DNA from: Candidatus Obscuribacterales bacterium
GTDB lineage: Bacteria; Cyanobacteriota; Vampirovibrionia; Obscuribacterales; Obscuribacteraceae
DNA length: 64,000 bases
NCBI GenBank assembly: GCA_965228855.1
Contig: CBDDIJ010000005.1
Location: 832,001-896,000 of the forward strand
Direction: 5' to 3'
Part shown: piece after piece, positions 41,793 to 51,914 of the stretch
How positions within the stretch are numbered: the stretch's first letter is position 1
Layout: every line of letters begins with the position of its first letter
The notes under the pieces: generated by a model
What the model was told of the DNA's origin: nothing
The model's input: the letters and a program-made list of their open reading frames with translations, nothing else
The model's database searches: none
Program-made: the position numbers and the translations under genes

Positions 41793-42203
41793 TCACTCAG
41801 GCTTAAAACCGCCGGAGGTGAAACGCTCCGAGAGAAGTAGCCGACGCTGGTCCACGCGGACGAACATGGTTTGAACATCGTCGCCGACTTCGTGCTTGCT
41901 GTTGCTAGGCAGAAATCCGGGAAGCCCTTCCCGCCTGGTTTCCACTGCATAACCGCCATCCTCGCGACCCACAATTCGACAAGGCAAAATTTGTCCAGCT
42001 TTCAGCGCTCGTATGGTTTTCCAATCCGAGGAGCCAGTCAACAACGCCTGCTTTGAAGGCGTTTTCTGAGTCTTCTCGGAATTCCGGGGTCTCTGCGGGT
42101 TCTGCGGTTTGCCGGTACGCCCAGGTAGAACCTTCCCTTGCGCTCTTCTCGCAAAGGGCACCACGTTTCCGTTTCCGATTCCAACTTCACCCTCATCACT
42201 CAT
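41793..42203 (-). CDS. Small S1/OB-like domain protein (paralog 3)
   Basis: LKAGQILPCRIVGREDGGYAV...GFLPS..HEVGDDV; overlaps the previous stop (ATGA). Confidence 0.7.
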   Translation of the reverse strand: MSDEGEVGIGNGNVVPFARRAQGKVLPGRTGKPQNPQRPRNSEKTQKTPSKQALLTGSSDWKTIRALKAGQILPCRIVGREDGGYAVETRREGLPGFLPSNSKHEVGDDVQTMFVRVDQRRLLLSERFTSGGFKPE

Positions 42204-42739
42204 GAGTCGTCACCTATCTCGCCGTCGGAACCGGCACCCGAATCAATTGAAGTCAGCGTCTCACCATCACTTTCGCCACTTGTTGGCGAAGTCTCATCAC
42301 TCTCGCTCTCGGAAGAACACATAGAGTCTAAGAGGGCCGCCCAGTCAAGTCCGTGACGTGAAGAGAGACGTTCTGACAGCAGCAACTTATCCCTATCAAA
42401 ACAGACGAACGTGGCAAGCACTTCATCTCCAACGTTGTGCCTTGCCCTGCTCGGCAAGTATCCATGCCCGTCGCTCGGCAAGTATCCACGCAAGCCGCCC
42501 TGAACTGTTAAAACATCGAATCCACCAGGCACCGCCTGTACTATGCGACACTGCAATATCTGCCCTGGTTTGAATCCTCTGTAGTATTTCCAGTCGGAGG
42601 CAGCGTTCAAGTACCCCGCTGGAGTGGATTGATCCACACGAGACTTTCCACGATTTCGCCGTCCGTGCGGAGCCTCCGAAGCCTCACGCCTCACGAACGG
42701 AAGGACGTTATCTTCCCCTGGCTCTCCCTTCTCGTTCAT
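42200..42739 (-). CDS. Small S1/OB-like domain protein (paralog 2)
   Basis: FKPGQILQCRIV..PGGFDV; internal duplication with 24-bp period (GYLPS twice, 42449-42488). Confidence 0.7.
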   Translation of the reverse strand: MNEKGEPGEDNVLPFVRREASEAPHGRRNRGKSRVDQSTPAGYLNAASDWKYYRGFKPGQILQCRIVQAVPGGFDVLTVQGGLRGYLPSDGHGYLPSRARHNVGDEVLATFVCFDRDKLLLSERLSSRHGLDWAALLDSMCSSESESDETSPTSGESDGETLTSIDSGAGSDGEIGDDS

Positions 42740-43047
42740 ATGTTGCCACCGCCCGCGGTATCTCCGAATCCTCTACGATCAAATCTTCCGGAAGCGAACT
42801 GGTCCCAGATCAATAACCGTTTTTGCTTCTTGTCAAAACACACGACCGTCGCAAGCACTTCGTCCCCAGTTGAGTGAAGACCTCTTGAACTAAGAAATGC
42901 ATTTTCCACACCCCCCACTATATCCACGCGAAAACCATTCGAGTCAGCGCCTCGAACAACACAACGCACCAGTTTGCCTGGAATAGGTTCCACGGACCCA
43001 CGCTCAAGAGGAGATAACTTGTTATACCCGCCGGCACGAGTTCGCAA
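42736..43047 (-). CDS. Small S1/OB-like domain protein (paralog 1)
   Basis: PGKLVRCVVRGADSNGFRV..AFLSS..HSTGDEVLATVV. Confidence 0.65.
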   Translation of the reverse strand: MRTRAGGYNKLSPLERGSVEPIPGKLVRCVVRGADSNGFRVDIVGGVENAFLSSRGLHSTGDEVLATVVCFDKKQKRLLIWDQFASGRFDRRGFGDTAGGGNI

Positions 43048-43137
43048 CCTGTTTCAGCGCCCATGGAGACCGACACGCTAGTAACGGTTTAAGCGCCAAT
43101 CTAATGTTCTAATTAACTGGATTATCGTATCTCGTTC

Positions 43138-46100
43138 GTGGTAACGTTCTCCATTCACGACTTCCGGCGAACTCTTGGCGCTTGGAACGAGATTATGCAC
43201 GACAATTTTGAGGTTTCTCGCATGACCAGACCGTCGAACAATCGCTCCTCTCGCTTCGCAGTCCTCCTCGCCGGAACGTTGCTCATAACAAGCGCCTCCG
43301 CAGCCCAAGCAGGTCACAATGACGGACCGAGCTTCCGCGATTTCCGAGACCAGAACCCGGAGATTGATAGACACGCCGCTCGCGCCTTATTTAGAGAAAC
43401 CTATGGCGCCAATGCCAGAAACCGCTCGCAGACTATCGCCACGCCGACCGTTTTCTCAACGGCCGGAAGCGATGCCGCCAGCACACAGCTCAATCTGGGC
43501 AACTTGAACAACCACAAGCTGATACGCCAGTTCAGCAATCGCACCAGGCAGGTGAATACCGAAGGGCAGCTCGTCAGATTGAGAGGCGGTCTAGACCTTG
43601 ACCTCACAAGCAACACGAGAAACATCACTCTTGGAAGAAACCTATTCAGCGACGCCACTTCGATTGAGATCACGATAGGCGGCGAAAGCAAGTCCCTCAG
43701 CGCCGGAAGTCAGGTCACTGCAGCAGAGTACATCGCAGTGAAGCAAGCATTCACTGGAGAAGGACAAAAACTTGTTATTGACCGCTCCGGTCGAGCCATC
43801 GGTGGAGACGTAGATTTAGACGCTATAACCGGTCCACAAGATGCAATGCGCGCTGCAAATTTTGTGGTTTCCAACAATGTCACCACCCTTGGTGACTTCT
43901 CGAAGCGCTCGGACTTTACATTGCTCGGCAACTTAGACAACTTTGGAACAGTCATCGCTTCGTCGAGTGGAAATTCCCGCAACGGTTCAATTCACGCTGA
44001 TGACATTAACAACTATATCGGCGCGACAATTAACTCTACCGTCGATTTGACACTGGATGCTGCGAGAAACTTTAACAACGCAGGCACCATTTCCTCCACT
44101 GGCAATCTGACTATCAATGCCGGAAACGCGGTCACGAATTACGGCTCCATCGCGGCTGCCGGCGACCTCAGTTTAACTGCACCGAGCGTGAAGAACACTG
44201 GTTCAATTTCTTCCACCGGCGGAAACGTCAACTTTAACGCGCTAGATTCAACGCTCATGGTGGACAACAGAAACGGAACCGTCAGCGCCTTAAAAGGAGC
44301 TATAAACCTTCGCGATGCATCCTACGACGCCGCCTACAACAGCACTATTGTAGGCGGAGATTTGCTCAGCAAACAATTCAACATGAATGCTGGAGAAGGA
44401 GTTGCAACTGTTGACGTCAACAAACTTACGGGAGTCGTATCGCAGACTGGAAGCGCCGCTCACCTGACAGCAAACACCGAACTGCTTCAGATAGGCGATA
44501 GCTGTTTAACCGGCGACCCAACATTCTTTAATACCGCAGGTAGTATCTTAATCAACGGCAATATAACAGTCGGAGAGAACCTCGTAATAGTTGCTGCCGG
44601 GAATATAACGGGCTCCGGAGTGACGATTCAAGCTGGCGATGCAACCTCTACAGGCTTTGACATTACATTGATTGCCGGTGCCGATTTCACGAATCAAGGC
44701 GGTTCAAACCGAGACATCTTGCCAGGAGACTTAAGTGGCGCCGGAGCGGTTTCGCTGACAGGCAAAGCATCGAAAACCGGCGGCGGCATTACGCTTTCCG
44801 GCAACTCCGCGATCATAGCCCAAGCCACCGCCCCTGGGGCCAATGCCAACGGCGGCAATGTTTCTATATTCGCCTTCGACGGCAATAAACCAGTTGGCAA
44901 TCTCCAACCTGGCGTCGTAGATCTGGCTTCAGCATCAATCACGACCGGAGGAACCGGCACGGGCACTAATGGCAGAGTGACAATCGTCGGAGCTCAGGAC
45001 AAACCCACAAGCTTCGCAGTTCGCACTGGAGCGATTGATACCACTGGCGGTAGCACCGCAACTGGTGATGTCACTATTTTTGCTTCTAAGATCGGAGTCG
45101 ATCAGCGCGGGCAACCCGTCACCTATGATGCCAATGGGGTACGCGGAAGCAATTTCCTCAGACCACTAAATCCCAATTCCAAAGCGGCTGTTTTTCTGAA
45201 CTCTAATATAGACTCGGGCAACCGGTTCCAGGTTACAGCAGGCGACCAGATCACTGTTCAAAACAGCGTTTCTGCAGATGGAGCGATTGACTTGTTTGGA
45301 AGAAACATAGTCGGTCTCGGCGTGCTGACCTCCCAGTCGAATGTCAGCTTCGTCGCGGAGGATAGCATTGGCGCTTCGTCCGACCCGCTTCAAGTCAATG
45401 CCCCTGTACTCAACGTAAACGCCGGTGGTTCACGCGTCAGCATCGATCTGACCGGAGTGGCTACGAACACCGATCTGGAGCTGATTGAGGCACCGAAAGC
45501 AAATGTCATCGTTTTCGGACTCGCGCAAACTGTCTCTGCCAGCGGAGCTATAGAAGCGAAGTTGTTCGACGTAACTGGAAGCGGATTCGGTACCTTCAGC
45601 GACATCAAAGCTCCTAACATCAACTTCACCGCGTTGGCTTCCTCGATAGACAATGCTACGTTCGGAGGCAATCTGGATACGAGTACGCTCGGTCTATTCT
45701 CCAGCGCCTCGATAGGGACTTCGGGAACTCCACTTCAGATCAGCCCCAAAGTGGAGTTTTTGACGGCTCAGGCCTCCGCTGGCGATGTTTACCTTAACAT
45801 CACATCTACTCGCAGAACAATCCTGTCAGAAACCAAAGCAACAGGCGCCGTCGGAATCACAGCTGCGGACTCGATCAACATGATCGGAAGCTCTGCCCTC
45901 ATCGCGTCCGGACCAATCAATATCACCACAGGCGATGGCACTCTAACAATTCAGCATATCTTAAATTCTGGCGGACTGATGTCCATTAGCAACACTGATG
46001 AGCGAGGCGGTAAGCTGAATATTCTCAGCGGCTTAAGCACCCAGGGAGTCAATGACATCACCGTATCACTTGGCGTTGCGAGCCCGGATCCAATGCCGCC

Positions 46101-46284
46101 ACAGGACAATGTGACATTGATCAATAATGTGACGCTAACCGGTTCCGGCTTGAAAGCGGCGCCCGGAACCATTCTCAATGGAATCGGAGCCTCATTCGTT
46201 TTCATCAACAACAGCTTGAGCCCGAACTCTCTAACGCTCGGTGACAAGCAGGTGGGCGGAATAACCATCATTTCGAACGATTAA
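43138..46284 (+). CDS. Large secreted filamentous-haemagglutinin-like beta-helix protein
   Basis: Signal peptide after the probable start ATG 43222; G/N/T/S-rich repeats (NNAGTISSTGNLTINAG). Confidence 0.75.
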   Translation: MVTFSIHDFRRTLGAWNEIMHDNFEVSRMTRPSNNRSSRFAVLLAGTLLITSASAAQAGHNDGPSFRDFRDQNPEIDRHAARALFRETYGANARNRSQTIATPTVFSTAGSDAASTQLNLGNLNNHKLIRQFSNRTRQVNTEGQLVRLRGGLDLDLTSNTRNITLGRNLFSDATSIEITIGGESKSLSAGSQVTAAEYIAVKQAFTGEGQKLVIDRSGRAIGGDVDLDAITGPQDAMRAANFVVSNNVTTLGDFSKRSDFTLLGNLDNFGTVIASSSGNSRNGSIHADDINNYIGATINSTVDLTLDAARNFNNAGTISSTGNLTINAGNAVTNYGSIAAAGDLSLTAPSVKNTGSISSTGGNVNFNALDSTLMVDNRNGTVSALKGAINLRDASYDAAYNSTIVGGDLLSKQFNMNAGEGVATVDVNKLTGVVSQTGSAAHLTANTELLQIGDSCLTGDPTFFNTAGSILINGNITVGENLVIVAAGNITGSGVTIQAGDATSTGFDITLIAGADFTNQGGSNRDILPGDLSGAGAVSLTGKASKTGGGITLSGNSAIIAQATAPGANANGGNVSIFAFDGNKPVGNLQPGVVDLASASITTGGTGTGTNGRVTIVGAQDKPTSFAVRTGAIDTTGGSTATGDVTIFASKIGVDQRGQPVTYDANGVRGSNFLRPLNPNSKAAVFLNSNIDSGNRFQVTAGDQITVQNSVSADGAIDLFGRNIVGLGVLTSQSNVSFVAEDSIGASSDPLQVNAPVLNVNAGGSRVSIDLTGVATNTDLELIEAPKANVIVFGLAQTVSASGAIEAKLFDVTGSGFGTFSDIKAPNINFTALASSIDNATFGGNLDTSTLGLFSSASIGTSGTPLQISPKVEFLTAQASAGDVYLNITSTRRTILSETKATGAVGITAADSINMIGSSALIASGPINITTGDGTLTIQHILNSGGLMSISNTDERGGKLNILSGLSTQGVNDITVSLGVASPDPMPPQDNVTLINNVTLTGSGLKAAPGTILNGIGASFVFINNSLSPNSLTLGDKQVGGITIISND

Positions 46285-46286
46285 CC

Positions 46287-46386
46287 CCGTTCGATTCAGA
46301 TGCTAAACGTTTTGACAGACCTCAATCAGTCAAATCCGTTCGATTCAGATTCTAAATGATTCTTCGACAGACTTCGATCAGTCAAA
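46287..46386. repeat. Two imperfect ~49-bp direct repeats between convergent genes
   Basis: CCGTTCGATTCAGAT.CTAAA...GACAGAC.TC.ATCAGTCAAA at 46287 and 46336. Confidence 0.75.
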
Positions 46387-46391
46387 CCATT

Positions 46392-48197
46392 TTAGTCTGT
46401 TTCAAGCTTCAGCAACGCCATGAATGCTTCTTGCGGTATCTCGACTTTGCCGACCGCCTTCATGCGCTTTTTACCTTCTTTTTGTTTCTCGAGAAGCTTA
46501 CGCTTACGCGAGATGTCACCACCGTAGCACTTTGCCAGCACGTTCTTACGAACGGCAGAAACGTTTGTTCGCGCAACAATCTTTCCGCCAATCGCGGCTT
46601 GAATAGGCACTTCGAACATCTGGCGCGGAATAACTTCCTTAAGTTTCTTCGCTAAAAGTTGTCCGTAAGTGTGAGCCTTATCGACGTGAACAATGGCTGA
46701 CAATGCATCAACCGGGTCACCAGCAATCAACACATCGAGCTTGACCAGACGTGATTCGCGATAGTCTTTCACTTGATAGTCAAGGCTAGCGTAGCCCTTG
46801 GAGCGGGACTTCAGTTGATCGAAAAAGTCAGTGATGATCTCACCGAGAGGCAATTCGTAGAGCAACTCCTTACGACGAGCATCAAGATACTTGAGGTCGA
46901 CATAGATTCCACGCCGCTGCTGGCAAAGTTCCATCAATGCACCAACATAATCGTTGGGCACGATAATGGTGGCATCAACGTACGGTTCTTCAATCTTCTC
47001 TCTGTAGTTTGGCTCAGGCAGAAAGGCCGGGTTGTCGACCATTATGATCGAACCGTCAGTTTTGGTCACGCGATAAATTACCGACGGAGCGGTAACAATG
47101 AGCCTGAGATTGTACTCGCGCTCAAGACGCTCCTGGATAATTTCCATGTGAAGCAAACCGAGGAAGCCAACGCGGAAGCCGAAACCTAGAGCCTCAGAGC
47201 TTTCCGGCTCGAAGAACAAACTCGAGTCATTTAGCTTCAGTTTCTCCAGAGCTTCTCGCAGGTCCGGATATTGCTCGTTGTCTACCGGATAAATCCCTGC
47301 GAACACCATGGGTTTCGCGGGACGATAGCCCGGAAGGGCTTCAACTGCGGGACGCTCAACGTGAGTTATGGTGTCACCGACGAGCGTTTCCACATCTTTG
47401 ATAGCAGCGGCCAGGTAACCCACTTCACCCGGTCCCAGTCGATCAACCTTCGTCTGCACCGGCTTCAAAACACCAAGTTCGGTAATCTCGAAATTCTTTG
47501 CGTTAGCCATGAAGCGAATCTTGTCGCCAACCCGGACCTCACCATCCTTAATACGAAAGTAAGCGATAATTCCGCGATAGCTGTCGTAATAACTGTCGAA
47601 AACCAGCGCACGTAGGGGTTCTTTAATGGTGTTTTTCGGCGGCGGAATGTGCTGCACAATCGCTTCAAGAACTTCCTGGATACCGATATTGGCTTTTGCG
47701 CTTGTTTCCACGGCATTGTCGGTTGGCCAACCGACAACGTCCTCAATCTCCTGGCGAACACGCGCAGGATCGGCGCTCGGCAAGTCGATTTTGTTTAACA
47801 CCGGAACGATTTCCAAATTGTTCTCGAGCGCAAGGTGAACGTTCGCCAGGGTTTGAGCCTCTACGCCCTGGCTCGCATCAACGATGAGAAGCGCGCCTTC
47901 GCATGCGGCTAGACTGCGCGACACTTCATAGCCGAAATCGACGTGCCCGGGAGTGTCGATCAGATTCAACACATAATTCTTGCCATCTTTAGCTTTGTAA
48001 TCCATCCGCGCGGCCTGCGCCTTAATTGTAATGCCGCGCTCGCGTTCAATATCCATAGAGTCGAGGACTTGCGCTTGCATAACGCGCTTTTCGATCGTGT
48101 TGGTATATTCCAGCAAGCGGTCAGCCAGCGTTGATTTGCCGTGATCGATGTGGGCAATAATTGAAAAGTTGCGAATCTGGTCAGGATCGGTTGGCAC
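46392..48197 (-). CDS. lepA: Elongation factor 4 (LepA)
   Basis: [49 protein letters not shown]. Confidence 0.97.
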   Translation of the reverse strand: MPTDPDQIRNFSIIAHIDHGKSTLADRLLEYTNTIEKRVMQAQVLDSMDIERERGITIKAQAARMDYKAKDGKNYVLNLIDTPGHVDFGYEVSRSLAACEGALLIVDASQGVEAQTLANVHLALENNLEIVPVLNKIDLPSADPARVRQEIEDVVGWPTDNAVETSAKANIGIQEVLEAIVQHIPPPKNTIKEPLRALVFDSYYDSYRGIIAYFRIKDGEVRVGDKIRFMANAKNFEITELGVLKPVQTKVDRLGPGEVGYLAAAIKDVETLVGDTITHVERPAVEALPGYRPAKPMVFAGIYPVDNEQYPDLREALEKLKLNDSSLFFEPESSEALGFGFRVGFLGLLHMEIIQERLEREYNLRLIVTAPSVIYRVTKTDGSIIMVDNPAFLPEPNYREKIEEPYVDATIIVPNDYVGALMELCQQRRGIYVDLKYLDARRKELLYELPLGEIITDFFDQLKSRSKGYASLDYQVKDYRESRLVKLDVLIAGDPVDALSAIVHVDKAHTYGQLLAKKLKEVIPRQMFEVPIQAAIGGKIVARTNVSAVRKNVLAKCYGGDISRKRKLLEKQKEGKKRMKAVGKVEIPQEAFMALLKLETD

Positions 48198-48559
48198 TTA
48201 GGTATCCTTAACTTCGCGCCGAGGCTCTGCTCTCGACTGCGTACGAACTGCACAAACAGGCTGCAGACCGTATATTATCAAGCTGTCGCCAAAGCCGATA
48301 CAGAAGCGTCTAATCTTCTTAATAGAAGAACTTACTTTCTATCTATGTGCGGCATCGCCAGCGGGTCGAAAGTTATGTTACTTCAGCGCAATTAAACGGT
48401 TTCAACCGTCAAACGCATGACTGCAGAGGGTTTGGCGCCAGTGTTAGCCAGCCTTAAGATTATATTGAAATGCTAAAATTAGCGCACGATTAGGTACTCC
48501 TGTCGCTTCCGCACGAGGCGACCGAGGTCGGCATCCCATCATCTGCGAAGAGAATTTGA

Positions 48560-50551
48560 ATGAGTAATCCTTTCCTGGACGCGATATCACAAAAACCGCT
48601 TCTCGGCGACGGTGGCATCGGCACGCTGCTTTATTCGCGTGGATCTTTGCCCAGTGCGTGCTTCGAGCAATTGAACCTGACCAACAAAGATATGGTCCAG
48701 CAGGTGCACGTCGACTATCTCACCGCAGGCGCCGATATCATCGAGACCAATTCCTTTTCTGGAAACCGCATGAAGCTTGCCTCTTTCGGTTTGGAAAACG
48801 AAGTTTGGAACATAAATGTCTGGGCGGCAAAAATTGCTAGAAACGCTCGCGAAATTGCCGGCAATCCGGCATTCATAGCAGGCGCGGTCGGCCCAACGGG
48901 GAAGATGCTGCCCCCTCTCGGCACCACTGAAAAACAAGAATTGTACGACGCGTTTCGCGAACAAATGGAAGGTCTGCTGGCAGGCGGCGTCGACCTGTTC
49001 ATGATTGAAACCATGTCATCGCTTGATGAACTGGTGCAAGCAGTGCGCGCGGCTCGTTCACTTTCGAAACTTCCAATAGTGGCGCAAGTGAGCTTCTCAC
49101 CTGAAGGCTTCACGCTCTTCGGCGCGACACCTGAAGACACCCTGCGTATTTTCGATCAACTCGGCGCAGATATGCCCGAAGTCTTTGGTATCAACTGCGG
49201 TGCTGGACCAGGACCGGTATTCGACGCATTTTTAAGGATGAAGGCTGCGCTGGATAACGGCGGCGTTGGTCAACAGCTCGCCGGCTTCTCGGCATTGCCG
49301 AACGCCGGTCAACCGAGTTTGACAGGTGGTCGAACAATATTTATGAGCAGACCCGATTATTGCGCGTCTTACGTCGAACCTTTCGTAATGGCCGGAGCGA
49401 AGATAATCGGCGGATGTTGCGGTACGACACCGGACCATATCAAAGCCATGCGCAAATCGCTTGACGCCTTTGTACGAGTCAACAACGACGTTGGCACTGC
49501 AACCCTGACGGAACTTCCATCGCTAAAAAGTCCGGAAGTTTTGATAGCGGCCAGCCCGTTGAAAAACCGCCTTTCACTTGACACTACTGGTGGTACCACA
49601 GCAGAAGAAACGCCTGAAGGGACAGCCGCGCCGGAACGACCTCTCAAAGACAGACTCAAAGCTTTCAAGGATGGAACGGAACAGGGCTTTTTCGTAAGCG
49701 TTGAAATCGATCCACCAAAGGGAGCGGTCACTAAAAAACTGATCAAGGCCGCGAAGATGTTGAAGGAATCGGGTGCCGATTCGATTAACGTAGGCGACAG
49801 CCCGATGGCGAGAGTCCGCATGTCTAGCCTCGCTACGTGTAAGTTAATCGGTACCGATACCGGAATCGAAACCATCATTCATTTCACTACCAGAGACAGA
49901 AATTTGATGGGCATCCAGGCAGACCTCCTTGGCTGCCAGGCTCTTGGCGTTCACAACATCCTCGCACTGACGGGCGATCCGCCGGCGCTGGGCAACTACG
50001 CGCACGCTACCGCAGTTTATGATGTTGATTCGGTTGGATTGATCAGAATCATCAGCCAGTTGAACGAAGGCAAGGACATCGCCGGTAATACCATCGGCAG
50101 CCCGACGAATCTCTCAATCGGATGCGCTTTGAACTGCACACACGAGGAAAGGGCGCTTGAGAAGGAGCGCTTCAAGCGCAAACTCGAAGCAGGCGCGCAC
50201 TTCGTTATGACTCAACCTATCTATCAAGTGAACGACCTCACCGACTTTCTGGATGAATACGGCGAATGCCCGGTTCCAATCCTGGTAGGAATCATGCCGC
50301 TTCACAGCTCCAAGCACGCCGAATACCTACATAACGAAGTCCCCGGTATCACGATTCCGTCGAAGATTCGCCAGGCAATGGCGAAAGCCGGGGACCAGGG
50401 AGCGGTTGTCGGTTTAGAACTGGCACAGGCGCTGCTTGAGCAGCTTCGCGGGCTTTGTCAGGGTACATATCTCGTTCCATCCTTCGGTCGATACGACGAT
50501 ATGTGCACACTCGTCACGCGCTTGAAGCAGAAACTCGTCAGCACTAAGTAG
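48560..50551 (+). CDS. Bifunctional homocysteine S-methyltransferase / methylenetetrahydrofolate reductase (YitJ-like)
   Basis: GDGG, ETNSF, GINC, GGCCGTTP; C-terminal VEIDPPKG, RDRN, TGDP, TQP, HNEVPG. Confidence 0.9.
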   Translation: MSNPFLDAISQKPLLGDGGIGTLLYSRGSLPSACFEQLNLTNKDMVQQVHVDYLTAGADIIETNSFSGNRMKLASFGLENEVWNINVWAAKIARNAREIAGNPAFIAGAVGPTGKMLPPLGTTEKQELYDAFREQMEGLLAGGVDLFMIETMSSLDELVQAVRAARSLSKLPIVAQVSFSPEGFTLFGATPEDTLRIFDQLGADMPEVFGINCGAGPGPVFDAFLRMKAALDNGGVGQQLAGFSALPNAGQPSLTGGRTIFMSRPDYCASYVEPFVMAGAKIIGGCCGTTPDHIKAMRKSLDAFVRVNNDVGTATLTELPSLKSPEVLIAASPLKNRLSLDTTGGTTAEETPEGTAAPERPLKDRLKAFKDGTEQGFFVSVEIDPPKGAVTKKLIKAAKMLKESGADSINVGDSPMARVRMSSLATCKLIGTDTGIETIIHFTTRDRNLMGIQADLLGCQALGVHNILALTGDPPALGNYAHATAVYDVDSVGLIRIISQLNEGKDIAGNTIGSPTNLSIGCALNCTHEERALEKERFKRKLEAGAHFVMTQPIYQVNDLTDFLDEYGECPVPILVGIMPLHSSKHAEYLHNEVPGITIPSKIRQAMAKAGDQGAVVGLELAQALLEQLRGLCQGTYLVPSFGRYDDMCTLVTRLKQKLVSTK

Positions 50552-50564
50552 GAACAGTCATGCA

Positions 50565-51230
50565 ATGACCAGGCAACGTACGATGGTCTCGCTGACCACA
50601 GCCCTGAGCCTCGCGGTGCTTCTGAGTTCAGAATGCTTAGCCATGGACTCCGACGCCGAGATGAATCGCTTTCACATTTGGCTTAACAACTGTCTCAGGG
50701 TTACCGCAAGCTCCCTGCGCTGCCCGGAGGGCAAACAGACGAAAGTAAGTTTCTACCTTGAGAAAAACGGAAGGGTGACGGAACCTGAACTTGTCGAGGT
50801 TAGCGGCGATCTGAGTTTCGATTTAGCGTGCTTGGAAGCGGTCAGCTGCTTACCCGATTTTAAGTCCACTCAAATAGACCTTGTTCCGCTCACGAGGAAA
50901 GCCACATGCACTTTTAACGAAAAGAGCTACAAAACTGCAGAGAAACGTAGTCAATCCCTCATCGTTCATAAGATACCATATACGGTGCTCTTAAAATATC
51001 CCCAGGCTGCTCTAGAAATCGACTTCAATCACCCGGAAATTGGATACTCGGTTGACCATCTATACGATGAACCAGCTGACTTACATAAGTTCGCACGATG
51101 GGTTCAAGCACTCAAAAACATTAGTTTTCAATGGGCAAGATTCTACGACGAACACGAGACTGCCACCAAAGACGAGCTAATTAAATTCAGCAGGACAATC
51201 CATTTGCCGCTTGTTCCCGATTCGAGGTAA
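50565..51230 (+). CDS. Secreted TonB C-terminal-like domain protein
   Basis: VSFYLEKNGRV..SGDLSFDLACLEAV; paralog of 40997-41695. Confidence 0.7.
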   Translation: MTRQRTMVSLTTALSLAVLLSSECLAMDSDAEMNRFHIWLNNCLRVTASSLRCPEGKQTKVSFYLEKNGRVTEPELVEVSGDLSFDLACLEAVSCLPDFKSTQIDLVPLTRKATCTFNEKSYKTAEKRSQSLIVHKIPYTVLLKYPQAALEIDFNHPEIGYSVDHLYDEPADLHKFARWVQALKNISFQWARFYDEHETATKDELIKFSRTIHLPLVPDSR

Positions 51231-51339
51231 GGGGAACACGTTAGTACCGCCCCAGACGCTGCGCGTCTTACGCAACTAAATCAGAGTTGGCAGAAGAGAA
51301 TCTCACTTCTCCTAAAAAAATAATCGACAACTTACGAAA

Positions 51340-51810
51340 CTATTTCGCGGAAGCCAAATCGAGCACTCGTTGCCGAAGCTCATCCGGCGCGACGTTAAGA
51401 CCCTCTAGCATCTGCATTGCCTTTAGCGGTTCTGGTTTCGTTTCTGCTCGAGCTTTCGCGTATGACAGTAAGCCCAGCAACAGGTGTTGCGTGTCGATGA
51501 AATTGTCTCCAAGCATCCTAGCTTCGTCCCAGCTGCTTTCCAACAACCGCTTGCTGTCAAACGTGAAGGGGATTTCGATCGCGACGTCATCGGTACCGAT
51601 GCCGACAACCCTCTTAAACTCGCTTCGAACCTGCTCTTTGGTTACTCCGAGCTCCTTCAGCGCTAACGCCACTTTGCCTTGTTCAACCGCGGCTAGACCG
51701 GCCAGCAACGATTCGGGTCCGACGAAATTATTCTGCGTGCAACGCGAGAACTCTTGAGCGTACATAATTGCTTTGATGGCTCCCTCCCTGAATCTCTGAA
51801 ACATAAACAC
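51340..51810 (-). CDS. Stand-alone Clp N-terminal domain protein
   Basis: MFQRF..AIKAIMYAQE, VGPESLL, IPFT, FIDTQHLLLGLL; no AAA domain. Confidence 0.85.
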   Translation of the reverse strand: MFMFQRFREGAIKAIMYAQEFSRCTQNNFVGPESLLAGLAAVEQGKVALALKELGVTKEQVRSEFKRVVGIGTDDVAIEIPFTFDSKRLLESSWDEARMLGDNFIDTQHLLLGLLSYAKARAETKPEPLKAMQMLEGLNVAPDELRQRVLDLASAK

Positions 51811-51914
51811 CCCCTTGAAAGAGCTCTAATTGAAACCATCCTACCTCAGCGAACCGAGAGCGCTGAGACCCTTAAACTTGGTAGAATAATGCCTGCTGTT
51901 GAAGGGTTGGATAA

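Noticed and set aside
48200..48559. SAM/SAH riboswitch upstream of the yitJ-like gene
   Set aside because: Only a short GTCGC/GCGAC stem is visible and I could not find the SAM-I or SAH consensus cores. An Rfam scan would settle it.
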